From: an uncultured Oscillospiraceae bacterium
Lineage (GTDB): Bacteria; Bacillota; Clostridia; Christensenellales; CAG-314
NCBI GenBank assembly: GCA_964577535.1
Contig: CAZNZO010000003.1
Coordinates: 69,620 to 133,619 of the forward strand
Direction: 5' to 3'
DNA: 64,000 nucleotides
Below the pieces are notes generated by a model that had not been told where the DNA came from, searched no databases, and saw nothing but the letters and a program-made list of their open reading frames with translations. Of the stretch, positions 1 to 8,785 are shown in pieces; within the stretch, counting starts at the first letter, position 1, and every line of letters starts with the position of its first letter. Made by a program: the position numbers and the translations under genes.

Positions 1-880
1 GTTTGAATATTTGGCAGTTTTCGAAATCTTGCGAAAACTTCAACAAGTTGTGGGCATCGGCACCACGCCAACTATAAATAGATTGGTCGTCGTCGCCCAC
101 AACGAAAATGTTGCCGTACTTTTCCCCCATCATTTTGAAAATTTGATATTGAACGCGGTTTGTATCTTGAAATTCGTCAATCAAAATGTACTTGTAGCGC
201 TCGCGATACTTTTCCAAGACGTCGGGGAAATTTGCAAACAATTTGTGAACGTAGTACAGCAGGTCGTCAAAATCCAAAGCGTTGTTTTCTTTCATTTTGG
301 CGCTATACTCGTCGATTATTTCCAACAAACGCTGCTGCGAAGCAACTTGTGCGGCATTGCGCATTTTATCAATTTCTTCGGCAATGCCTTCGTCCAAACT
401 TTCGGCAGAGGCCAAACCGCTATCCGGCAAATCGGGCAAATTGTTTTTCAGGTCGGAAATGCCTTCACAAAGATCATCCACCACTTTGGCATCGCCGTCA
501 TCCAACAAATCTTTGACTATCTTTTTTAGCAGGCTTTTCTTTTCGTCTTCCGTATAGATGGAAAAATTGCCTGTTCTATCCAGCTTGGATGCCTCGATGC
601 GCAAAACGCTTGCGCAAAAGGAGTGAATTGTTGAAACGTGCATGTACTGCGCGGCGCAGTCGAAATCGAACAAGCGGCGCTTCATTTCGTTTGCCGCTTT
701 GTTGGTGAAGGTTATGGCCAAAATTTCGTGCGGATTTACGCCACATTCGTTGACCAAATATAAAATTCTGTTGGTGAGCACGCGAGTTTTGCCACTGCCG
801 GCACCGGCCAAAACCAAAGTGGGTTTTAGCGGCGCGCAAACGGCCTGTAGTTGCTGCTCGTTTAGTTTTTGAAGGTTCAA
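1..880 (-). CDS. pcrA: UvrD/PcrA-family ATP-dependent DNA helicase, N-terminal part (gene runs off the left edge of the window)
   Basis: Not in the ORF track (TTG start, truncated by the window edge). My minus-strand translation from TTG 878-880 (GGAGAA SD 5 nt upstream) reads MNLQKLNEQQLQAVCAPLKPTLVLAGAGSGKTRVLTNRILYLV... Walker A GAGSGKT, motif II LIDEFQDTN and motif III VVGDDDQSIYSWRGA are present. Confidence 0.85.
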   Translation of the reverse strand, partial: MNLQKLNEQQLQAVCAPLKPTLVLAGAGSGKTRVLTNRILYLVNECGVNPHEILAITFTNKAANEMKRRLFDFDCAAQYMHVSTIHSFCASVLRIEASKLDRTGNFSIYTEDEKKSLLKKIVKDLLDDGDAKVVDDLCEGISDLKNNLPDLPDSGLASAESLDEGIAEEIDKMRNAAQVASQQRLLEIIDEYSAKMKENNALDFDDLLYYVHKLFANFPDVLEKYRERYKYILIDEFQDTNRVQYQIFKMMGEKYGNIFVVGDDDQSIYSWRGADAHNLLKFSQDFENCQIFK

Positions 881-894
881 AACTGTTCTCCGAA

Positions 895-1485
895 TTATCT
901 TTTCTTGTTGGGTTTGCGCCTTGTTAGCGTTGCCTTTTTCATATCCACCGAAACACCTTTGCCATGCTTAGCAATAAACTTGCGTTGAGCGGCAAAGCCA
1001 AAACGACCAAGCTGTTTGCCGTGTTGATAGTTGACTAGGTGCGCCAATTGATAGTTGATGCCACCATTTTCGTCCACGATGGAATCGTCGGCGTGCACCG
1101 CCAGGACGTCTGCCAAAAACATATCGTGCGAACCAAGGTTTAGCGTTTGAAAAACCTTGCATTCTAAGTTTATGGGGGATTGTTCGATGAGGGGCGCAGA
1201 TACAAAATCGGCGGCTACCTTTGTTAGCCCCATTTCGGCAAACTTATCTTCATCACGGCCGCTTCGAATGCCGCAGTAGTCGCAACAAGGCAGCAAATTT
1301 TCAGAAGTGAGATTGATAACAAACTCGCCAGTTTCGCAAAGCGTTTCGTAGGAAAACCTGTCGTGACGAATGGAAACGTAGACGCGCGGAGGATAGGAAC
1401 AAACAACACCCGTCCACGCAACTGTTATTATGTTGGATTTTTCCATATCCCCAACCGTGACCATAACGGCAGGCAAAGGGGGCAA
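895..1485 (-). CDS. flavin reductase-like FMN-binding protein; the N-terminus appears frameshifted (true start probably ATG 1517-1519)
   Basis: 196-aa ORF with family-typical LPAVMVTVG, NIITVAWTG and GIRSGRDEDKF. An SD-preceded ATG at 1517-1519 encodes MSKKLIKAGTLLAP in another frame, joined through the G5 run at 1478-1482. Confidence 0.8.
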   Translation of the reverse strand: MPPLPAVMVTVGDMEKSNIITVAWTGVVCSYPPRVYVSIRHDRFSYETLCETGEFVINLTSENLLPCCDYCGIRSGRDEDKFAEMGLTKVAADFVSAPLIEQSPINLECKVFQTLNLGSHDMFLADVLAVHADDSIVDENGGINYQLAHLVNYQHGKQLGRFGFAAQRKFIAKHGKGVSVDMKKATLTRRKPNKKR

Positions 1486-1561
1486 GCAGCGTGCCGGCTT
1501 TTATCAATTTTTTGCTCATTTATTCCTCCAAAAAATGTTTTTCGAATTTTTGCGTTTACAG

Positions 1562-2176
1562 CTAAAAATGGCAAAGCAACCGTTCTTTTTCGCAAACGGA
1601 CGCCTTTCCAAGGGTATTTTCCGATATTATGTCTAAAATAGTATTATACGAAAGTGTGGGAATTAGCAAAACCAGGGTGACTTTATCGGCATAGATGGCG
1701 TTTTCTTCCACCACTTTGCCAACAAGCGCACGGCGCAAAGTTTTTAGCAAAGTGTAGTCTACCGTCACTTCGAAGCGGGTGCAATCTGTCATTTGCAACT
1801 TGTTGCATTCGCCCAAAACTTTTGCTGCACTGCCGTTATATGCCCGAACAAGGCCGCCAGCGCCAAGCTTGATGCCGCCAAAATATCTTGTGACGACAAC
1901 GCAGACGTAATCTAGCCCCATGTTTTTGATGCATTCATAAATGGGCATGCCGGCAGTGCCTTGCGGTTCGCCGTCGTCGCTATATTTGACGCGATCGCCC
2001 ACCACGTAGGCAAAACAATTGTGCGTGGCATCAAAGTACTTTTTGCGTTTGGCATTGACAAAATCGACGGCAGCTTGAACGTCGCAAACGTGAACAGCCG
2101 AGGCAATAAACCGAGATTTTTCAATGACAACTTCCGCCGTCACTTCCTTGTTTTCGATGGTTACAAATTCTTTCAT
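1562..2176 (-). CDS. yigZ: IMPACT/YigZ family protein (UPF0029)
   Basis: 204-aa ORF with SRFIA, HNCFAY, DDGEPQGTAG and RYFGGIKLGAGGLVRAY motifs typical of YigZ. Confidence 0.8.
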   Translation of the reverse strand: MKEFVTIENKEVTAEVVIEKSRFIASAVHVCDVQAAVDFVNAKRKKYFDATHNCFAYVVGDRVKYSDDGEPQGTAGMPIYECIKNMGLDYVCVVVTRYFGGIKLGAGGLVRAYNGSAAKVLGECNKLQMTDCTRFEVTVDYTLLKTLRRALVGKVVEENAIYADKVTLVLLIPTLSYNTILDIISENTLGKASVCEKERLLCHF

Positions 2177-2197
2177 GCTGCAAACAATTGGTACAAA

Positions 2198-3403
2198 CTA
2201 TTTAACAATAACTTTTAGGTGATTCTTCTTGCCCTTGTGCAAAACAAATTCGCCTTTTTCAAGCGTTTCGGCACTAAGAGTCCAGCCGATGCTTGCAATT
2301 TTTTCGTCGTTGACGGAAACACCGCCACCTTCCACCAGGCGGCGAGCTTCGCCGTTGGATTTGCACAAACCGCACTTAACCAAAATATCAATTATGTTGG
2401 TGGGGTTTTCGATTGTGACTGTGGGCATATTTTCGGCATCTTGCGAGAATGCTGCGCGCACTTGTTTTAGCACTTCATCTGCCACTTCTTTGCAGTGAAC
2501 AATTGCCGTAACTTCATAGGCAAGGCGTTCTTTTGCGGCATTGATGCGTTCGTCGTTGTATGCACACATTTCTTCAATTTCTTCAACGGGCAAAAACGTT
2601 AATAGCTTCAAGCAAGTTTCCACTTTTACATCTTCAACGTTGCGCCAGTATTGGAAAAATTCGTAGGGGGTGGTTTTGTTGGGATCTAGCCACAAAGCGC
2701 CTTTGGCAGTTTTGCCCATCTTTTTGCCTTCGGACGTGGTTAGCAACGTGAATGTTGCTGCATAGGCAGGTTTTTGCAGTTTGCGACGAATAAGATCCAC
2801 GCCGGCAAGCATGTTGCTCCATTGATCATCACCGCCCATTTCCAAAATGCATCCGTAATCTTCGTTCAACTTCAAAAAGTCGTAGGCTTGCATAAGCATG
2901 TAGTTGAATTCCAAAAAGGTTAGGCCCTTTTCGAGGCGTTGCTTGTAGCATTCGGCTGTTAGCATTTTGTTGACGGAAAAACATGCGCCAACGTCACGCA
3001 AAAAGTCCACGTAGTTCAACTTGCACAGCCAATCGGCATTATCCACGAATATTGCCTTGCCGTCGGAAACGTCAATGAAACGCGCCATTTGCTTTTTGAA
3101 GCATTCCACGTTGTGCGCAACCGTTTCTTTGGTCATCATTTTGCGCATATCAGTGCGGCCACTGGGATCGCCGATCATGCCGGTGCCGCCACCAATCAAA
3201 ATTAGGGGGCGATGTCCGGCGCGTTGCATGTGCGCCATTGCCATAAGGGTGACAAAATGTCCGGCAGTTAAACTATCGGCTGTAGGGTCGTAGCCGATAT
3301 AAAAGGTTACTTTTTCTTTATCTAGCAGTTCATACAGCTCGTCGCCATACACCGTTTGTTTCAAAAATCCGCGTTCCTTCAATACGTCAAGAACATTTTT
3401 CAT
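2198..3403 (-). CDS. tyrS: tyrosine--tRNA ligase
   Basis: 401-aa ORF. It has a class I HIGH-type region (PTADSLTAGHF), a KMSKS-type KKMGKT and a C-terminal S4-like domain (ARRLVEGGGVSVN). Confidence 0.95.
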   Translation of the reverse strand: MKNVLDVLKERGFLKQTVYGDELYELLDKEKVTFYIGYDPTADSLTAGHFVTLMAMAHMQRAGHRPLILIGGGTGMIGDPSGRTDMRKMMTKETVAHNVECFKKQMARFIDVSDGKAIFVDNADWLCKLNYVDFLRDVGACFSVNKMLTAECYKQRLEKGLTFLEFNYMLMQAYDFLKLNEDYGCILEMGGDDQWSNMLAGVDLIRRKLQKPAYAATFTLLTTSEGKKMGKTAKGALWLDPNKTTPYEFFQYWRNVEDVKVETCLKLLTFLPVEEIEEMCAYNDERINAAKERLAYEVTAIVHCKEVADEVLKQVRAAFSQDAENMPTVTIENPTNIIDILVKCGLCKSNGEARRLVEGGGVSVNDEKIASIGWTLSAETLEKGEFVLHKGKKNHLKVIVK

Positions 3404-3445
3404 AACTAAAACTCCTTTATCTGATGCAACCTGCGTTGCAAATTT

Positions 3446-5152
3446 TTATGGTTCAATTCGGGCAAAATACCCGTGCGCTTTTGCATTCATCGCCTTGTAG
3501 GAAAGGGCTGCAAAAACAAAACAAGCTGCTAGCAAAACAATCCACATAAGCACTATTGCCCATATCGAAGCAGTGCCCACAAACCAAACAATGAACCCTG
3601 CGGACAATGCGGCAAGCGCAATGAAGATAATAAAGCCAACCAGCATGGCAATCCATGCGTTTTTGGCGTTTTTCAAACTTTGGTTGAAGTTTGTCCAGCC
3701 AAGTTTGGGCGACTTTAGATCCACCAAGGTGGTTATACACATTCCGCCAAAGCCGAGCAACAACATGGAAACTAGCATTGCTATGCCAAAATACCATTGC
3801 AAGCCAAACAGCAAAACGGAAAGCAAGATTGTTAGAAAGTCGACAACAAGCATCAACGCCGTGGACAAAATAACTTTGGAAAGCAAAATTTTGCTAAAAT
3901 CCACCGGCAAAGTTTTTAGCAAATACAGCGAGTTGTTTTCGCGCGAAATGGGATACATCCCCAAAACGTTGCTGCCAATGCCAAGCATGGACATATATGC
4001 CACAATAACTAGCGGCGCAACCACTTGATAGATCAAATTGCCTTGCAACACGCCTAGCAGATCGTAGCCGTCACCTTCGCCGGCATTGAACGCAAAGTAG
4101 AAAATTACTATCATTAGCGGCATCATTATTAGACCGGCAAAGGATTGGAAGCCAAGTTGGCTGTTGCGCAACGTTCGTTTTAGGTCGCACACCACCAATT
4201 CTTTTACCACGCCGCGATTGCTAACAACAAGTTGTTCGCCTTTGGCTTTTCTGCGTTTTGCGCCGGTTGTTTCGAGTGAAGAAGACAAAATCCACTTATA
4301 GAACGGCCAGGAAACAAGGGCCACAACGGCAAGCAGAGCGGCGTTTTCCGCCACGGATACGACAAGTGCAACAAGATAGTTGCCAAACGAACTTGCAATA
4401 AGCGCCGCCGAAAGCATAGCGTTGCAATGCAAAACGTTGAATTTTTGCCCAAGCAGTTGCAGTTGAGCAAGCATGGCTGTGATCATTTCCTCGGTGGAGC
4501 CAAATTCTGCGCCGCCTCCTTCTGATTGCAGTGCTGTGAAGATAAGCACGTAGGCAGCAAAGAATACCACGAAAAACAACACTTGTAGCACGGTGCGCAC
4601 CACGCTGTTTTTGCTTATTTTGGAAATGAGCGCCGAAAATGGCATTGCTAGCAAGCATCCCACAAGCAGTGGCAAAATGGGCAACAAAACAAGCACGAAA
4701 GGCAAAGTTAGGTAGAAACCAGCCGAAGCGCCTGCGCCAACGCCAAATGGCACTAGCAAAAATAAAATTGTTGCCGCAGTTGTGATAGCTTCGCTTATAT
4801 AGACCACTGTGAATTTTGCCAAGAACACCGTGACAGGGCTGATGGGCAAACACAAAAGACGATCGGCATCTTTGTTGTTGAACACGTTGGATATAAGCGA
4901 CATTGTGCCAAAAATCAAAACCAAACCTTGGCACACTGTTATTAGCAAGGTTAAAACGGAAAGATCCATTCCGCACACTTGCCCCAGCGTATAGGCAAAA
5001 ATTGCGATGCCAATTAGCATAGGCAAAAAGCAAATGCCAAGAACAATTATCAGCGCAACTGTTCCGCCACGCTTTTTCTTGCTATTTTCGGTTGGCTTTG
5101 CTCTGTATTGCTGAATGAGCAGCAATTTTAGTAGAGAAAGATATTTCTTCAT
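3446..5152 (-). CDS. polytopic membrane protein, putative permease partner of the adjacent ABC ATPase
   Basis: 568-aa ORF with many hydrophobic segments. It lies 12 nt downstream of the ABC ATPase gene on the same strand. Confidence 0.6.
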   Translation of the reverse strand: MKKYLSLLKLLLIQQYRAKPTENSKKKRGGTVALIIVLGICFLPMLIGIAIFAYTLGQVCGMDLSVLTLLITVCQGLVLIFGTMSLISNVFNNKDADRLLCLPISPVTVFLAKFTVVYISEAITTAATILFLLVPFGVGAGASAGFYLTLPFVLVLLPILPLLVGCLLAMPFSALISKISKNSVVRTVLQVLFFVVFFAAYVLIFTALQSEGGGAEFGSTEEMITAMLAQLQLLGQKFNVLHCNAMLSAALIASSFGNYLVALVVSVAENAALLAVVALVSWPFYKWILSSSLETTGAKRRKAKGEQLVVSNRGVVKELVVCDLKRTLRNSQLGFQSFAGLIMMPLMIVIFYFAFNAGEGDGYDLLGVLQGNLIYQVVAPLVIVAYMSMLGIGSNVLGMYPISRENNSLYLLKTLPVDFSKILLSKVILSTALMLVVDFLTILLSVLLFGLQWYFGIAMLVSMLLLGFGGMCITTLVDLKSPKLGWTNFNQSLKNAKNAWIAMLVGFIIFIALAALSAGFIVWFVGTASIWAIVLMWIVLLAACFVFAALSYKAMNAKAHGYFARIEP

Positions 5153-5164
5153 AGGCCACCACCG

Positions 5165-5893
5165 TTAGTTTGCGCCGTCGTTGGTGATGGTTAGGAAAAT
5201 GCTTTCCAACGAAACGTTTTCGTCTGCACGAATGTTATCCAAAGTGTCCACTGCAACAAGCTTGCCATGGTTTATTATGGCAATTCGGTCGCAAACCTTT
5301 TCCACCACGTCAATTACGTGTGAACTGAAAAAGACGGTGTTGCCGGCATCGGCGTGCTTGCGCATTAGTTGCTTCAATTGATATGCCGATTGCGGATCCA
5401 ATCCCGTTAGAGGCTCGTCCAAAACCCAAACTTTTGGGCTATGAATAAGCGCGGCAATAATCATCAACTTTTGCTTCATTCCGTGCGAATAGGAAGAAAT
5501 GAGGCTGGGCAACGCATCCGTCAGACCAAACGTTTGGGAATATTCTTCTATGCGGCTTTTTAGCACTTCCGGCTTGACGTCGTACATGGTGCCGATAAAG
5601 TTGAGATATTCGATGCCTTTTAGCGTATCGTAGCACTCGTGATTATCCGGAACAAAACCTATGCGACTTTTGGCAAGCGCCGGGTGCTCGGCCAAATTTA
5701 CGCCGTCCACTTCGATGGTGCCGCAGTTGGGAGACAAAATTCCCGTAATCATTTTTATTGTGGTAGATTTTCCGGCGCCGTTGGGCCCCAAAAACCCAAA
5801 AATTTCACCGTCCAAAATTTCCAAAGATAAATTGTCAACCGCAAGGGTTTTGGATTTGGCATAGGATTTTGAAACGTTAGTTAATCGTATCAT
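5165..5893 (-). CDS. ABC transporter ATP-binding protein
   Basis: Walker A GPNGAGKST, signature-like YSHGMKQKL and Walker B VWVLDEP. The start is placed at ATG 5891-5893 (MIRLTNVSKSY) behind a GGAGG SD; the longer ORF-track start has no SD. Confidence 0.9.
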   Translation of the reverse strand: MIRLTNVSKSYAKSKTLAVDNLSLEILDGEIFGFLGPNGAGKSTTIKMITGILSPNCGTIEVDGVNLAEHPALAKSRIGFVPDNHECYDTLKGIEYLNFIGTMYDVKPEVLKSRIEEYSQTFGLTDALPSLISSYSHGMKQKLMIIAALIHSPKVWVLDEPLTGLDPQSAYQLKQLMRKHADAGNTVFFSSHVIDVVEKVCDRIAIINHGKLVAVDTLDNIRADENVSLESIFLTITNDGAN

Positions 5894-5951
5894 ACAAACC
5901 TCCGAACTTGCCAAGCAAGGCCGTGGCCTTTTGGCACAATTGGCAAAAAAC

Positions 5952-6020
5952 TTAACGATTGTTTTTGCCAACAAAAACGAAAAAGAAAACTACAAACGCA
6001 ATCACAAAAACAGCTGCCAT
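5952..6020 (-). CDS. candidate 22-aa hydrophobic mini-protein (MAAVFVIAFVVFFFVFVGKNNR)
   Basis: ATG 6018-6020 lies 7 nt after a perfect AAGGAG. The peptide is a single TM-like helix followed by KNNR. It sits between rarA and the ABC ATPase gene and is too short for the ORF track. Confidence 0.3.
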   Translation of the reverse strand: MAAVFVIAFVVFFFVFVGKNNR

Positions 6021-6049
6021 AAATTTTCTCCTTGAAAACAATAAATTTG

Positions 6050-7357
6050 TTATTTCTTGGGCTTTTTGGGCTGTCTGCAACCAACGTCCAGACCGTTGCC
6101 GGTCGGGGTGAAAAATACTTGATCTTTCACTTCGTCGGGCAAATATTGCTGTTCCACCCATCCGCCATAGTTGTGCGGATACTTATAGGGTACGTTGTCG
6201 AGAGTTTCCGTATCGCGCGAATAGTTTTTATCCATCAGGTAGGAAGGTACCCTTGCAGTGGGATGCGAGGTGGCACATTCGGTTGCCGCCACTAAAGTTT
6301 CTTCCACCGAGTTGGATTTGGGACAATTGCAAATATACAAAATTGCTTCCGTCAAAGGCAAGCGGCCTTCCGGCAGGCCAATGTTTTGAAAGGCTGTTAA
6401 AGCACTGGTTGCCACCACTAGCGCCATCGGGTCGGCCAAGCCAACGTCCTCGGCGGCGTGAATAACAATTCGCCTTGCAAGTAGCAGAGGATCTGTGCCG
6501 GCTTCCAGCAAGCGTTCAAACCAAAACATGGCCGCATTTGCATCGCTGCCGCGCATGCTTTTGATGAACGCACTGATCATATCGTAGTACATGCCTGTAT
6601 CCACCGAAAGCGCCGGCTTTTGCATGGATTGCGAAGCAGTTAGCTTGTCGACGTGCACTGCGCCGTCGGCATCCATATCGGTTGTCATAACGGCCAATTC
6701 CAAAGCGTTGTAGGCGTTGCGCAAATCTCCAGCACTGGTTTCGGCAATGTATTCCAACGCATCGCTATCCACCTCGATTTTTCGTCTAGAAAGCACTTCG
6801 TCGCGTTGCAAGGCATCTGCAAGCCCCTTCAAAACGTCTTGTTTGGTGAGTGGCAAAAACTCGAACACTCTGCAACGGGAAACGATTGCCCTAGTCATGG
6901 AAACGTAGGGATTTTCCGTTGTGGAGCCAATAAAGGTGATGACGCCTTTTTCAATGGCAGGCAACATGCAATCGCTTTGGGCCTTGCTCCAACGATGGCA
7001 CTCATCCAAAAGCAAATAGGTTTTTTGTCCATAGGCATTGAAACGTTTTGTTGCTTCATCAATTATCTTTTTGGCATCGGCAACACCGCTGCTTACTGCG
7101 TTTAGTTTTTCAAAATGGCTGCCCGTTGTGTTGGCAATTATGTTTGCAAGAGACGTTTTGCCAGTGCCAGGTGCGCCCCAGAAAATGCAACTGCCAATTT
7201 TATCCGCCTTGATGGCGCGACAAAGCAACGAACCGTCGTAGATCAAATGCGACTGCCCGATGAATTGCGAAAGTACACGCGGACGCATACGCTCCGCCAA
7301 TGGAACGTTACCTGTTTTTTCCTGTTGAAAAATTGAATTTTGTTCATACTGTGTCAT
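6050..7357 (-). CDS. rarA: replication-associated recombination protein A (AAA+ ATPase)
   Basis: 435-aa ORF with Walker A GAPGTGKTSLA, Walker B LLLDECHRW and a MgsA/RarA C-terminal region (MFWFERLLEAGTDP). Confidence 0.95.
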   Translation of the reverse strand: MTQYEQNSIFQQEKTGNVPLAERMRPRVLSQFIGQSHLIYDGSLLCRAIKADKIGSCIFWGAPGTGKTSLANIIANTTGSHFEKLNAVSSGVADAKKIIDEATKRFNAYGQKTYLLLDECHRWSKAQSDCMLPAIEKGVITFIGSTTENPYVSMTRAIVSRCRVFEFLPLTKQDVLKGLADALQRDEVLSRRKIEVDSDALEYIAETSAGDLRNAYNALELAVMTTDMDADGAVHVDKLTASQSMQKPALSVDTGMYYDMISAFIKSMRGSDANAAMFWFERLLEAGTDPLLLARRIVIHAAEDVGLADPMALVVATSALTAFQNIGLPEGRLPLTEAILYICNCPKSNSVEETLVAATECATSHPTARVPSYLMDKNYSRDTETLDNVPYKYPHNYGGWVEQQYLPDEVKDQVFFTPTGNGLDVGCRQPKKPKK

Positions 7358-7363
7358 GATAGT

Positions 7364-7392
7364 AGTTTAACATTTTTTTTGCCGTATTGCAA
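7364..7392 (-). promoter_or_regulatory. sigma-A-type promoter of rarA: TTGCAA-17-(TGt)TAAACT
   Basis: On the minus strand the -35 is at 7387-7392 and the -10 at 7364-7369, with a TG extension. The -10 ends 6 nt before the ATG and there is no SD. Confidence 0.45.
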
Positions 7393-7477
7393 GGCAAATA
7401 AGCCCACAAATAATAAAATATTATTTACTATATCTAGCGAAAAAAGACATTGCACCAAAACCAGGCCGAAAAATTGA

Positions 7478-7877
7478 TTGCGGCGGCATGAAGATGGCAA
7501 AAATGGGATGGAAATTAATGCAAAACAATGCGTGAAAAAATATGAGCGCAAAGAAGGAACGAAAATGCTGTTGCGTGCATTTGGAATCAACCACAACCGG
7601 CAAAGCGAAAAAAAACAAAAAAAAAGCCCGATGATTCGAGCTTTTGATGGGTGAATTTTGGGATGCGCTTTTACTAAAAACTGACAGGTTTAGGGAAACA
7701 GATAAACTTGGCGGCGGCATGAAGATGGCAAAAATGGGATGGAAATTAATGCAAAACAATGCGTGAAAAAATATGAGCGCAAAGAAGGAACGAAGCTGCT
7801 GTTGCGTGCATTGGGAATCAACCACAACCGGCAAAGCGAAAAAAACAAAAAAGCCCGATGATTCAAGCTTTTGATGG
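7478..7877. repeat. two near-identical ~170-bp direct repeats (7478-7650 and 7708-7877) separated by a 57-bp spacer, period 230 bp
   Basis: Hand alignment shows only about 4 substitutions plus A-run length changes between the copies. Confidence 0.9.
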
Positions 7878-8242
7878 ATAGGTTGGTGAATGTATTTTGG
7901 TTGATAAACTACAAAAACTATGCCACAACCCGTTGCAAACTTCTTGACTGCTTCGGTATGTTTGGGGCGATGAACCTAGAAGCAATGCACGAGACAAACA
8001 AAACGTCAGATTTGAAATACGCCTCGAATACTAGAAACTTGCTAGATGCACTCAATAGTTTGGGCATTTTAGGCAGTTTCTTTGAAACGTGCTGCTATTT
8101 GTGGTGCGAAATTAAATTTGCAAACATTGATTGCAAAGGAATTTTACCGATTTTCAAAAATTGATATAAACATTCCCGTTTTTTTGCGCTGATTGCAAAA
8201 TGGTTTTTCGGCAATTTTTGATGCGATTTACTTAGCAAAACT

Positions 8243-8782
8243 CTATTTTTCTGCAACATATTGCAAAAATTCGGGCGTTTGACTCCAATATTTTATGCCC
8301 CAATTTTCAAAATTCCATTCGTCCATATAGGCATTACATTCGTAGTCGACGTAGACCATTTTGCCGCCAGTCACAACAAAATTTGTTGGGAAATAGTCCA
8401 CGTTGAGCCCGGCAGCATAAAGTGTTTTGCAAATTTCTTTCATTTGCAAAATTAGCACATCTACTTCGGCTTGGCGGCCATCGCGTACCAATTGGAACAC
8501 GGTGGGACCATCCACAAACTGCTTCAAAATTCTTTCGTTTGCCACGTCGCAATCCACTAGCTGCGGCAAAGGCATGCCAACTTCGCACAAACGCTTGTAG
8601 TCGCGAAGTTCCGATTGCAACTTGTCGCCAAAATTGTAGTAGCTGCACGGTTCGTGGTGAATTTGCTTCAAAACAAACTGATGCGCGCCATCCGTTACCA
8701 AATAGGAATATCCGCCCTTGCCGTGCCCCAAAATGCGCACCACTTCGAAGGGCTTGTTGTTTACACAAATGACCTCTGGCAT
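8243..8782 (-). CDS. small protein-kinase-like-fold protein (function unknown)
   Basis: 179-aa ORF. It has a Gly-rich loop GHGKGGYSY, a VLKQIH Lys, a catalytic-loop-like NVDYFPTNF and VYVDYE. It ends 3 nt after the LysR gene. Confidence 0.6.
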   Translation of the reverse strand: MPEVICVNNKPFEVVRILGHGKGGYSYLVTDGAHQFVLKQIHHEPCSYYNFGDKLQSELRDYKRLCEVGMPLPQLVDCDVANERILKQFVDGPTVFQLVRDGRQAEVDVLILQMKEICKTLYAAGLNVDYFPTNFVVTGGKMVYVDYECNAYMDEWNFENWGIKYWSQTPEFLQYVAEK

Positions 8783-8785
8783 AGG

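Noticed and set aside
3404-3445. Expected T-box leader upstream of tyrS.
   Set aside because: Only 42 nt separate tyrS from the upstream permease gene, and no GGTGGTACCGCG-type T-box sequence occurs in 3404-6049. tyrS appears to be co-transcribed with the ABC genes.
7421-7834. 137-aa minus-strand ORF running through both copies of the 230-bp repeat.
   Set aside because: It is an F/L/I-rich translation of the T-rich strand with no SD and no recognisable family. I treat it as a by-product of the repeat, though its openness across both copies is mentioned in the finding.
7871-8164. 97-aa plus-strand ORF after the repeat.
   Set aside because: It has a TTG/ATG start without an SD. It uses CTA, TTA, ATA, AGA and AGG codons that the confident genes here avoid. 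I recognise no domain.
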